DNA from: Planctomycetota bacterium
GTDB lineage: Bacteria > Planctomycetota > Phycisphaerae > Sedimentisphaerales > Anaerobacaceae
Assembly (NCBI GenBank): GCA_030605475.1
Contig: JAUWIG010000043.1
Coordinates: forward strand, 20,405-84,404
Length of the DNA stretch: 64,000 bases
Reading direction: 5' to 3'
The position numbers and the translations under genes were made by a program. A model generated the notes under the pieces. That model saw only the letters and a list, made by a program, of their open reading frames with translations. It did not search any database and was not told the DNA's origin. This document shows positions 54,619 to 63,991 of this stretch, piece after piece. Each line of letters starts with the position of its first letter. Position 1 is the first letter of the stretch.

Positions 54619-56253
54619 ATGAATAAAAAAGTGTTTGACAGGTATGGTACTGTTTGGGCCTGTGTATTTCTGGTGGTGGCGACACTTGCCGTCTTTAGTC
54701 AGGTCCATAAACATGAGTTTCTCGACTTCGACGACTCCGAATATGTTACCGAGAATGAGCATGTGCAAAGCGGATTAACCCGTGATAGTATCATCTGGGC
54801 TTTCACTACCGGTCACGCCAGTAACTGGCATCCGTTAACCTGGTTGTCGCTTATGCTGGACTATCAACTCTTCGGATTAAGGGCCGGCGCTTTTCATATA
54901 ACCAATTTACTGCTTCATACAGCAAATACCCTGCTGCTGTTTCTGGTTTTAAGGAAGATGACGAGGTCGCTGTATCGGAGCGGCTTTGTGGCATTGGTTT
55001 TTGCACTGCATCCGCTGCACGTGGAATCGGTGGCGTGGGTGGCTGAGCGCAAAGATGTCCTGAGCACCTTGTTCTGGCTGTTGACGATGTGGGTTTATAG
55101 CAGTTATGCTCAGCGGGGCGGGGGAGTGCGATATTTGATTATCCTTTTGCTCTTTGGGCTGGGTCTTATGGCCAAGCCGATGCTCGTTACACTGCCCTGC
55201 GTATTATTGCTTGTTGACTACTGGCCTTTGAGGCGTCTGGAGTCTTCCGGCCGGGACGGGGAGGGTGTGAAGAAACAGCGAACTCGACTGACAGTGGCAC
55301 GGCTGGTTCTGGAGAAAATACCTCTGTTTGTCCTTTCGGTGATTTCAAGCATTATTACAGTTATTGTGCAGCGAGGCGGAGGTGCCGTGATTTCCGCCGG
55401 GGCTTTACCAATCGGGTGGCGTGTCAGCAACGCGATTGTTTGCTATGTAGTTTATATACTAAAGATGATTGTGCCGGTGAGATTAGCAGCCTTTTATCCC
55501 AATATGTCGCCGCCTGCTTTGATAGAGACGATTGGAGCGGCGGTGGCGCTGGTCTGTATAACTATTGTTGTTGTTCGTGGCGCCAGGCGGTGGAGGTACC
55601 TTGCCACGGGATGGCTGTGGTATATAGGGACATTGGTGCCGGTAATCGGTGTCGTGCAGGTAGGGGCCCAGGCGTACGCTGACCGCTATGCGTACGTGCC
55701 GTTGATTGGACTGTTCATTATCGTCGGCTGGCTGGTTCCGGATATTCTTGCCGGCTGGCGGTATAAAAAAATTGCGATTTGGCTGTGCACGTTCTTAGCG
55801 GTGGTGCCAATGGCAATTGCTGCAACATTGCAGGTAGGGCACTGGCGTAATACGGTCGCGCTTTTTGAACATACTCTTGCCGTTACTGAAGATAACTGCG
55901 TTGCGCACAACGGCCTGGCCAATAAGTACGGCAAGCTCGGTCAAATTGATAAATCTATTGAGCACGGCAGAGAAGCGGTGCGGATTTGCCCTCAATACCG
56001 TATGGCACATTATAACCTGGGGATGGGCTATTACCACAAAGGTGAATTAGAGAAAGCGATTGAGCGTTGGCAGGAGGCCCTGCGGCTCAAGCAGGATTAC
56101 AGGGAGGTCAACTTCAATATCGGTGTTGCTTTCGAGGCCCTCGGTGAGGCTGACAAGGCTGTAGAGTATTTTCGCAGTGAGCTGGCCATCAATCCGGGGC
56201 ATAAGCGTGCACAGCAAAAGCTTGACGCTCTGCTGACGAGACATCCTCATTGA
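54619..56253 (+). CDS. PMT_2/TMTC-like membrane glycosyltransferase with C-terminal TPR repeats
   Basis: HEFLDFDDSEYVTENEHV loop motif, about 10 TM helices and C-terminal TPR repeats (AHYNLGMGYYHKGELEKAIERWQEALRL). Confidence 0.7.
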   Translation: MNKKVFDRYGTVWACVFLVVATLAVFSQVHKHEFLDFDDSEYVTENEHVQSGLTRDSIIWAFTTGHASNWHPLTWLSLMLDYQLFGLRAGAFHITNLLLHTANTLLLFLVLRKMTRSLYRSGFVALVFALHPLHVESVAWVAERKDVLSTLFWLLTMWVYSSYAQRGGGVRYLIILLLFGLGLMAKPMLVTLPCVLLLVDYWPLRRLESSGRDGEGVKKQRTRLTVARLVLEKIPLFVLSVISSIITVIVQRGGGAVISAGALPIGWRVSNAIVCYVVYILKMIVPVRLAAFYPNMSPPALIETIGAAVALVCITIVVVRGARRWRYLATGWLWYIGTLVPVIGVVQVGAQAYADRYAYVPLIGLFIIVGWLVPDILAGWRYKKIAIWLCTFLAVVPMAIAATLQVGHWRNTVALFEHTLAVTEDNCVAHNGLANKYGKLGQIDKSIEHGREAVRICPQYRMAHYNLGMGYYHKGELEKAIERWQEALRLKQDYREVNFNIGVAFEALGEADKAVEYFRSELAINPGHKRAQQKLDALLTRHPH

Positions 56254-56295
56254 ACGACGAAGCGGCTGGATGGCGGGACGTAGGGTCGTTTTTAG

Positions 56296-57171
56296 TTATA
56301 ACAGGCCGTAATTTTTCAAAGTTTGTTTGAGGATAATTTTTTTGCTTTCATCCATAGGGACCATAGGCAGACGCAACTCCTCCGAAGCCATATTCAGCAT
56401 TGCCATCGCGGCCTTGATTGGTATGGGGTTGGTTGCCAGGCCAAGCAGGTTCCTGCAGAGGACAAAGAGCTTGTTGTGCCATTTGCGGGCTGAGACCAAG
56501 TCTCCTGCGAGGATTAAATCGGTCATTGCTTTTACGTCCGCGGGGACGATGTTTGCCACTACACTAATGACGCCATTGCCGCCGACCGAAGCAATCGGCA
56601 AGGTAAGCGAATCATCACCTGAGACAATGGTTATATCGCAGCGGGTTGCGATTTCGCTGGCCTGGTCGAGCTTGCCGGAGGCCTCTTTGATTGCGACGAC
56701 GTTTTCGATTTCTTCAGCCATTCGTGCGATGGTATCCGGGGCCAGGCCGGTTCCGCCGCATCGGCCGGGGATGTTGTATAATACTATCGGCAGGTTGACC
56801 TCTTCTGCTATTGCTTTGAAATGCTGATAGAAGCCTTCCTGCGTGGGCTTGTTGTAATATGGACAAACCTGCAGCGTGGCATCGGCACCGACCTTTTTTG
56901 AGAATGCGGTCAGCTCGATTGCCTCTGCAGTTGAGTTTGAGCCGGCACCGGCAATAACGGGGACTTTTCCGCCCACGGCTTTGACGACCCTTTCGATGAC
57001 CTTTTTTTGCTCGTCGTGACTTAGTGTCGGCGATTCGCCGGTCGTGCCGCAGGGCACTATCGCATCTATACCGTTTTCCAATTGGAAGTCAATCAGCTCG
57101 TCGAGAGTTCGAAAATCTATTTCGCCATCCTGAAAGGGCGTAATCAACGCCACCATTGCACCTGTAAGCAT
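56296..57171 (-). CDS. dapA: 4-hydroxy-tetrahydrodipicolinate synthase
   Basis: GAMVALITPF, VPCGTTGESPTLS, YNIPGR and AIKEASG (Schiff-base Lys). Confidence 0.9.
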   Translation of the reverse strand: MLTGAMVALITPFQDGEIDFRTLDELIDFQLENGIDAIVPCGTTGESPTLSHDEQKKVIERVVKAVGGKVPVIAGAGSNSTAEAIELTAFSKKVGADATLQVCPYYNKPTQEGFYQHFKAIAEEVNLPIVLYNIPGRCGGTGLAPDTIARMAEEIENVVAIKEASGKLDQASEIATRCDITIVSGDDSLTLPIASVGGNGVISVVANIVPADVKAMTDLILAGDLVSARKWHNKLFVLCRNLLGLATNPIPIKAAMAMLNMASEELRLPMVPMDESKKIILKQTLKNYGLL

Positions 57172-57214
57172 TTTTAATCTCCTTGATTTAGTGACGCGCG
57201 GCCTGTGACCCGCA

Positions 57215-57949
57215 TCATGAATTTTGAATGCTGAATTTGTTTATCAACTCTATCATTTGAGCAGTTGCCTGCCTTATGCCGACGAAGACGGCCCTTGCTA
57301 CGATGCTGTGGCCGATGTTGAACTCACAGAGTCCTTTGATGCGTGCGACGGGACCGATGTTGCGATACGTCAAGCCGTGGCCGGCGTGAACGATAAGATT
57401 GTTTTCCATTGCGAAGTCGCGGGCGCGCGAGAGCTCAGCGAGTCTTTTGTTAACGGCCCTTTGAGTTTTGGCGTTTGCGTACATACCGGTGTGCAGTTCG
57501 ACGGTGTCGCAGCCGGTCCGGGCTGAGGCGGCTATCTGCGTTTTTTCAGGCGCGATGAAGGTGCTTACCAGGATACCCTTCTTGTGCATTCTTTTGACGA
57601 CTTCGGCAAGGCGTTTTTTATGTTTAGCGCAGTCGAGGCCGCCTTCGGTGGTCAGCTCTGCCCTTTTTTCGGGGACAAGAGTTATCTGGTCGGGTTTTAG
57701 TTCTTCGGCGATTTTTACTATGGGTTCGGCCATACACATTTCGAGATTTAATTTGCAGGCGACGGTTTGCTTTAGCAGTCTGACGTCGCGGTCGTTGATG
57801 TGGCGTCTGTCCTGGCGGAGGTGAATGGTAATACCATTTGCACCGGCCAGCTCGCACTGGACGGCTGCCCAGACAGGGTCTGGCTCATCGGTGAGCCGGG
57901 CCTGCCTGACCGTTGCAATGTGGTCGATATTGACATTCAGTACAGCCAT
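57215..57949 (-). CDS. pdxJ: pyridoxine 5'-phosphate synthase
   Basis: LNVNIDHIATVRQAR, ITIHLRQDRRHI, VELHTG, HAGHGL. The start is set at ATG 57949. Confidence 0.9.
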   Translation of the reverse strand: MAVLNVNIDHIATVRQARLTDEPDPVWAAVQCELAGANGITIHLRQDRRHINDRDVRLLKQTVACKLNLEMCMAEPIVKIAEELKPDQITLVPEKRAELTTEGGLDCAKHKKRLAEVVKRMHKKGILVSTFIAPEKTQIAASARTGCDTVELHTGMYANAKTQRAVNKRLAELSRARDFAMENNLIVHAGHGLTYRNIGPVARIKGLCEFNIGHSIVARAVFVGIRQATAQMIELINKFSIQNS

Positions 57950-58475
57950 ATTTTCTGCCCTCAAAAACCTCTGCAACTATATCGCGGCGTTGGTCTCTGT
58001 CAAGAAAATTAAGCTGGAGAAAAATTAGCCGCTGAGTGCGCCGAGGACGCAGAGGAGTTGAATAACCAAAGGGCAAAAGCAGAAAGGCGAAAAGGGTGAG
58101 AAGTCATCCCGGTGTGCCAGGATAACGTCGTCGCGGTGGTGGGCAATAAAACACGGCAGGGGCGGGGGCGAATATGAGATTGCGGCGTTCCGCCGTAGGC
58201 GGACTTTCAGGGCTGCACTGCTCAACGGCGGAGGAGAAGGTGTTTGCAATGGCGACAAAGGGCAAGGGCGATTCGCGAATTGCCATTACGGTTTTTATGG
58301 GAAATGTTTTTTTTGGGCAAAAGCGGCTGCTATGAAAATAGGAAAAATAGCTGTTGTAGCAAATTTTTTCTAAATAAACTTCTTGCGGAATATTTGTAAC
58401 AACCTGCAAATGCAGGGGTTACGAGCTTTCGTACAGTTTTACTGGGAAGTTTTGTAGCGTCCCATAATGTTTTTC

Positions 58476-58505
58476 TTGACGAGAAGATGGGTGGTCTGGT
58501 AGAGT
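58476..58505 (+). promoter_or_regulatory. sigma70-like promoter with extended -10 (TTGACG-18 nt-TAGAGT, TG at -15/-14)
   Basis: The same architecture and spacing occur at 63582-63611, upstream of the second PEP-CTERM gene. Confidence 0.5.
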
Positions 58506-58879
58506 GAAAGAGATGAATGCGTGCGCGCTTTGTTAGTGCAGCCTGTACGAACTCTGCGTTTTTGAGGTGAAAAAGCTATTGTATTGAGTGAGGTACAGAG
58601 TTGTAGTGAGAGTTTTGCGCTTTGGAATTAAGGTTTTTATACCTCAATAATTTCCGTCTCAGACTGGCTTCTGAAGGAAGAGGGTAAAAGGAAAGGAGGG
58701 TAAGGATAGAGGGTAAATTCGAGTTTTAAGACGTTGGAAGTTGTTTTGCCGAAGGTTGCGGGTTGTTTGAGACAAGCACGAAGCATGGTTAAGATGCTTG
58801 CCGAAAGCAGCAATGTTTTGGCGAAGAGCCAAAAAGCGTTTTGTAGTTTTAGTTTGTGAGAAGAAGAAGGAGGAATATT
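58506..58879 (+). promoter_or_regulatory. conserved long 5' leader (about 370 nt) of a PEP-CTERM gene, candidate cis-regulatory RNA
   Basis: Blocks are shared with 63612-63991, including gcttctgaaggaag..gagggtaaggatagagggtaaat and gacaagcacgaagc. A TTTTGGC-GAAGA-GCCAAAA hairpin with a U-rich tail (58816-58855) lies just before the AGGAGG RBS. Confidence 0.5.
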
Positions 58880-59737
58880 ATGTGTAGAAAATTGTTTCTT
58901 TTAATTTTGGTACTAGGTCTGGCTGCGAGTGCATCTGCTCAGATTAACTATACATGGGTCGGTGGTATATCCCCGCGGTGGACGAAAGCGGGCAACTGGG
59001 ATTTGGGCATCGTCCCGGGCGCAAGCGATACAGCCGACATCCGGCCGGGTTCAGTGGCTGACCCGATTATTCATGCGGGTACGCCTCTTCCCTATGACAC
59101 GGCTCTGAATCGCCACATTGATATATTCTTTATTAACTCGGGCATAGTGCATGTTAAGTCAGGCGGATACCTCCACTCCAGAAGGGGTTATGCCGGCAAT
59201 ACAGGAGCTACGTATGGATTTACCGGGACGGCGAGGTTACGAGTATGCGAAGGCACTGTAACAACCAATGATGACTTTCAGGTTGGCCGCAGGGAAGACG
59301 GTCTTGTTGAACTGCTGCATGAAAGTGCACTGTTTGACATTGGCGGTAAATTCAGAGTCGGCGGCAGCAAGAATAGCGAGACCTCTACCGGTTTCGTACA
59401 TCTGTATGCCGGGACTATTACCTGCGGTACGTTCTTACCGTATGATGATAACCCGGTTACTGGTGACCCAGGCGCCCGTATCGATATCAGGGCAGGTCAG
59501 TTGATAATAGACAGCGACCCGAACAATGCGGTGGGTGTAGTCTCAGACGCTGTCCTCGCAGGTCGGATTGGTGCCTACGGCCGTTACTACGGCGACTGCG
59601 GATTCGGCACTGTGTTCGATATAACCGTAGAGGAGGTCGCTGGTGTAGTGACGGTAACGGCAGTCCCGGAGCCGGCAACGATAGCTCTACTTGGTCTTGG
59701 TGGATTGGTTCTGTTTCGCAGGAAGCGACGATTATAG
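58880..59737 (+). CDS. PEP-CTERM sorting-domain secreted protein
   Basis: Signal peptide MCRKLFLLILVLGLAASASA. C-terminal VPEPATIALLGLGGLVLFRRKRRL. ATG 58880 is preceded by AGGAGG. Confidence 0.85.
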   Translation: MCRKLFLLILVLGLAASASAQINYTWVGGISPRWTKAGNWDLGIVPGASDTADIRPGSVADPIIHAGTPLPYDTALNRHIDIFFINSGIVHVKSGGYLHSRRGYAGNTGATYGFTGTARLRVCEGTVTTNDDFQVGRREDGLVELLHESALFDIGGKFRVGGSKNSETSTGFVHLYAGTITCGTFLPYDDNPVTGDPGARIDIRAGQLIIDSDPNNAVGVVSDAVLAGRIGAYGRYYGDCGFGTVFDITVEEVAGVVTVTAVPEPATIALLGLGGLVLFRRKRRL

Positions 59738-59971
59738 TCCAAAAGTAAGTTAGGTTGCTTGTACCAATTCGGGACCTATACCGATTAGCTCGATATAGGC
59801 TGTGGTTGTATGGTGTCGTGCGTATTGAGTATTACGGGACGTAGATTATCTCTTGTTGGGGGATGACAGCAAAAATCAGTTAGTTTGAGTAATTAATAAT
59901 CACTCCAATCTTTTTGTTTGACAAGTCTATTCTATTGCTAAATTTGGTTTTGTGATTTAGTATATCGGCCA

Positions 59972-60718
59972 ATGGAACTTAGGAGAAAGAGCGCTATTAT
60001 TACGGGGTCGAGCGGGCGGTTGGGGGGCGCTATTGCGTTGGCTCTGGCACGGGCCGGCTGTAGCTGTGTCTGCCACTATAACAGCAATAAACAAAAGGCA
60101 GAACAACTTGTCGAGCAGATTCGAGAAATGGGGGCTCCAAAGGCGCTGGCGATTGAAGCTGACCTTAGTAAACCTCGGAAAATAGAGGATTTGTTTGAGA
60201 AAGCAGCGGAAATTGGCACGGCGCAAGTTTTGATAAACTCGGCTGCTGTTTTTTCGAGGCAGCCGTTGGCTGAGGTGACTTTTGAAGAAGCGCAGAGGGT
60301 CTTGAATTTGAATCTGACAGCGGCGATTTTGGCCAGTCGGGCGTTCGCTAAACAGATAACCGCTAAATTCGGCGAAGCTGAGACAGTGGTCGGTAAGATA
60401 ATCAATATCTCCGATGTTGGGGGGATTCGGCCGTGGGCTGAATATGTCCTTTACTGCTCATCAAAAGCGGGGCTGAACGGCGCTACGAAGGCGCTCGCGA
60501 AAGAGTTGGCTCCTTGCGTGTGCGTGAACTCCGTGGCTGTCGGTGTGGTGAACTGGCCGAGCGATTTTGATGAGGAAGAAAAAAAACGGCAGCTTTCACT
60601 TATACCTGTAAGAAGAATTGCAGAACCAAACGAGGTCACCGAGGCGATAATTTTTCTGCTCAAGAATGATTACATAACCGGGCAGGTACTTAATGTTGAT
60701 GGCGGGCGATGTATTTAG
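59972..60718 (+). CDS. SDR-family oxidoreductase
   Basis: ITGSSGRLGGAIALALARAG (TGxxxGxG), NSAA and YCSSKAGL (YxxxK). Confidence 0.8.
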   Translation: MELRRKSAIITGSSGRLGGAIALALARAGCSCVCHYNSNKQKAEQLVEQIREMGAPKALAIEADLSKPRKIEDLFEKAAEIGTAQVLINSAAVFSRQPLAEVTFEEAQRVLNLNLTAAILASRAFAKQITAKFGEAETVVGKIINISDVGGIRPWAEYVLYCSSKAGLNGATKALAKELAPCVCVNSVAVGVVNWPSDFDEEEKKRQLSLIPVRRIAEPNEVTEAIIFLLKNDYITGQVLNVDGGRCI

Positions 60719-60764
60719 TAGCGGATAGCATATAGCGGATAGGGTATAGTGTAAGGGTGAGACT

Positions 60765-61385
60765 ATGAAGTTGAATTGGGCCAGTCGGATCACGATTATT
60801 CGGATACTGTTGATAATACCATTTGTCAGTTGTATGTTGAAGATAAACGATGCTGCGCTTAGCGAGACAATGCGCAGCGCGATGCGGTATGCTTCAATCA
60901 TTATTTTTTTGGTTATGGCGGGCAGCGACGTGGTTGACGGTTACTTAGCTCGCAAGAACAGAGAGGTTACAAGGTTTGGTTCGTTTCTGGATCCGCTGGC
61001 GGACAAGCTTCTTATGACCTGCGCGTGCCTGCTGCTGACGTCGAAGCGAGCAGGTGTCGCGGGTTTTCTACTGCCGCCAACGGTGGTGGTTTTGGTAATC
61101 GGCAAAGACATGTTTTTGCTAATTGGTTTTGTCATTGTTTATTTTGTCACTTCACAGGTTCTTATTGTTCCTGCGTTAATCGGCAAGGTAGCAACCACGC
61201 TGCAGTTGTCGATGGTGGCGGCGATTCTGCTCGCTCCAGAGATTAGTCGTTTTGTGCCGGGCTGGATTTGGTTTTTGCGGGTTCTGTGGTGGTCGGCGGC
61301 GGGAACGGCCATTTTGGCAACCCTTATTTACATTCACACCGGAAGTCGCTATATTGAAGAGTATGAACAAAATATCAGCGGATAG
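60765..61385 (+). CDS. CDP-alcohol phosphatidyltransferase family protein
   Basis: DVVDGYLARKNREVTRFGSFLDPLADK, which is the D(x)2DG(x)2AR...G(x)3D(x)3D motif. Confidence 0.8.
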   Translation: MKLNWASRITIIRILLIIPFVSCMLKINDAALSETMRSAMRYASIIIFLVMAGSDVVDGYLARKNREVTRFGSFLDPLADKLLMTCACLLLTSKRAGVAGFLLPPTVVVLVIGKDMFLLIGFVIVYFVTSQVLIVPALIGKVATTLQLSMVAAILLAPEISRFVPGWIWFLRVLWWSAAGTAILATLIYIHTGSRYIEEYEQNISG

Positions 61386-61447
61386 CGAGCAGCGTATAGC
61401 GGATAGATTGCTTCGCTTCATCCGCTCGCAAAGACTAAGGACCAAAT

Positions 61448-62689
61448 ATGGTGGTGGAATTCAGTGAAATAGCGGAGGTTTTGGAAGAGCTTCGGCGAGG
61501 CAAATTGGTCGTTCTTGTTGACGCTGAAGACCGTGAGAATGAAGGAGACCTTGTCTGCGCGGCTGAGAAGGTAACGCCGGAGATTATCAATTTTATGGCT
61601 AAATACGGTCGCGGTCTTATCTGTCTGCCGTTAGCAGGCGAGAAGTGCGATTCGCTCGGTCTCTATCCTCAGACGGTTGAGAATACGGCGCGGTTTAGGA
61701 CGGCGTTTACGGTCAGTATTGACGCGGCTGAGGGGATAGGCACGGGTATCAGCGCCGCTGACAGGGCACGGACGATTCAGGTTGTGATAGCAGACGAGTC
61801 AAAAGCCAGCGACCTTGCTCGTCCGGGGCATATATTTCCGCTGCGCGCGCGTGAAGGTGGAATATTGGTTCGAGCGGGGCAGACCGAAGGGGCGGTTGAT
61901 TTGATGCGATTGGCGGGATTGGCCCCGGCTGGGGTCATATGTGAAATTATGAACGAGGACGGCTCAATGGCACGGGTGCCGCAGTTGTTGAAATTCTGCG
62001 AAAAGCACAAGCTCAAAATCGCTTCAATCGCCAAGCTCATAGAATACCGTCTGCAGCGTGAGAGCCAAATCAAGCGTGTTGAGTGCGTGAATTTACCCAC
62101 CGACTACGGGGAATTTAAGCTGATTGGTTATGATAGCATAACATCTGCGGAGCCGCATCTGGCGTTGTGTAAAGGCAGCGTCGGCGAGCTTGATAAGGAT
62201 GGCGAGCCTGTTGAGCACAATGAGCCGGTTCTGGTGAGGGTGCATTCGGAATGCCTGACGGGCGATTTGTTTCGTTCGCAAAGGTGCGAATGCGGTTATC
62301 AAATGGTAGCGGCGATGAAGATGATTGAAGAGGCCGGTGAAGGGGCATTGATTTATCTGCGGCAGGAGGGCAGAGGTATCGGGCTGAGGAATAAACTGCG
62401 GGCTTATAAACTTCAGGAGCAAGGCCTTGATACGGTTGAGGCCAATCTGGAACTGGGGTTTATGGCTGACAAGCGGGACTACGGGATTGGGGCTCAAATC
62501 TGTCGCGACCTGGGACTGAGAAAGATACGGATACTAACCAATAATCCGAAGAAGATAAGCCGGCTCGAGGTTTATGGTATGAAAGTTGTTGAGCAGATAC
62601 CGCTAAGGGCTGAGCCCGGCAAGCACAATGTTGACTATCTGCGGACGAAAAAATACCGTCTCGGCCATATGCTGGATGAAGACTTGTAG
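61448..62689 (+). CDS. ribBA: bifunctional 3,4-dihydroxy-2-butanone-4-phosphate synthase / GTP cyclohydrolase II
   Basis: DAEDRENEGDLV and PGHIFPL (RibB half). RVHSECLTGDLFRSQRCECG (RibA zinc site). Confidence 0.9.
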   Translation: MVVEFSEIAEVLEELRRGKLVVLVDAEDRENEGDLVCAAEKVTPEIINFMAKYGRGLICLPLAGEKCDSLGLYPQTVENTARFRTAFTVSIDAAEGIGTGISAADRARTIQVVIADESKASDLARPGHIFPLRAREGGILVRAGQTEGAVDLMRLAGLAPAGVICEIMNEDGSMARVPQLLKFCEKHKLKIASIAKLIEYRLQRESQIKRVECVNLPTDYGEFKLIGYDSITSAEPHLALCKGSVGELDKDGEPVEHNEPVLVRVHSECLTGDLFRSQRCECGYQMVAAMKMIEEAGEGALIYLRQEGRGIGLRNKLRAYKLQEQGLDTVEANLELGFMADKRDYGIGAQICRDLGLRKIRILTNNPKKISRLEVYGMKVVEQIPLRAEPGKHNVDYLRTKKYRLGHMLDEDL

Positions 62690-62793
62690 TTAAATTAAAA
62701 GTTGGTTAAATGGTTAAATGGTTAAATGGTTAATTGGTAATTGACGAGTTGCTGATTGCCAATTAACCACTCACTACTCACCAATCACATTAT

Positions 62794-63318
62794 ATGAAAA
62801 CAGTCGGTGTAATATTTCAGATGTTTATCTTTGTTCTGCTTCTGGCCGGGGGGGGTTGTGAATCGATGCCGGCCACTGCTGAAGCACCGCCCAAGGCTGA
62901 CGAGAGCTTTGATGTTTCCATCTATGCTCGTTATGCTCCTGTGAAAATCGATATTATGCCGTTAACTGAACTTGTCAGCGTCGGGGACGATGAAGAGGGG
63001 TCAGAGATAAATGTCTATGTGAGTTTGCTGGACTCATCTGGTTGTCAGATAAAAACGCCGGGGGTGTTTCGGTTTGAGTTGTATGAGAAGGTTGAGCGTT
63101 CTGCTGAGCCGAAGGGCAAGAGAATTTTTATCTGGCCGGATATCGATTTGACAGGGCTGAGCGAAAATAACGGGTACTGGCGGGACTTTTTAAGAGCTTA
63201 CGAATTCAATCTGGGTTTTGGTTCTCTGGGTGGCCAGAGCTGCATATTACAAGTTACATGTCTGTGTCCCAACGGTAAGCGGCTTTCGGCTGAGTTTGGT
63301 CTTAAACAGGCGGAGTGA
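62794..63318 (+). CDS. hypothetical lipoprotein
   Basis: Signal peptide with lipobox-like LLAGGGC. No family recognised. Confidence 0.5.
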   Translation: MKTVGVIFQMFIFVLLLAGGGCESMPATAEAPPKADESFDVSIYARYAPVKIDIMPLTELVSVGDDEEGSEINVYVSLLDSSGCQIKTPGVFRFELYEKVERSAEPKGKRIFIWPDIDLTGLSENNGYWRDFLRAYEFNLGFGSLGGQSCILQVTCLCPNGKRLSAEFGLKQAE

Positions 63319-63581
63319 GGTGTTGCGGGTGCGTGATGCCCTTCGACAAGCTCAGGGTAAACTCGTTGTGAGTTGCGTATATCGTGGTTGTGGTGACTGG
63401 CGGTAAAACGCCGATAAAACCGGGGCGAAAGCGGCGGTTGCGAAAGAAAATAGCTGCTTCAAAAAAATTTTTTTAGGTGATTTTTTCTTCGTAGAGTGCT
63501 TATAACGGCTTGTAAATGCAGCAGTTACGCGTTTTCAGGCGATTTTAATGAAAAATTATCTAACATCCTATAATATTTCTC

Positions 63582-63611
63582 TTGACGAGAATATAGCTAA
63601 TTTGGTAAAGT
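63582..63611 (+). promoter_or_regulatory. sigma70-like promoter with extended -10 (TTGACG-18 nt-TAAAGT)
   Basis: Paralogous to 58476-58505. Confidence 0.5.
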
Positions 63612-63991
63612 TAAATAGATGTATGTGTGGGCTTTGCCCTTGTAGTATGGGTAACTTCCACGGTTTTTGAGGTAAAATAAGGAGAGTGAGTGAAGTGCGG
63701 AGCTGTGGTGAGGGCTCTGTGCTTCGGAGGTGCGGTTTTTAAAGTTCAATTTACATCAGAATTAGCTTCTGAAGGAAGGAGGGTAAGGATAGAGGGTAAA
63801 TTTAAGCTTTGAAGCCGCTTTGTCAAAGTTAGCATGTTGTTTTGGACAAGCACGAAGCGTGGTGAAGGTACTTTGGCGTAGGGCCAAAGAGTTTTCGAGG
63901 CCTGTAGGAAACAACAGATGTTTTGGCGAAGAGCCAAAAAGCGTTTTGTAGTTTTAGTTAGTTTGTGAGAAGAAGAAGAAGGAGGAATATT
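63612..63991 (+). promoter_or_regulatory. conserved long 5' leader, second copy
   Basis: Homologous to 58506-58879. It has the same terminal hairpin (63921-63939), U-rich tail and RBS context. Confidence 0.5.
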
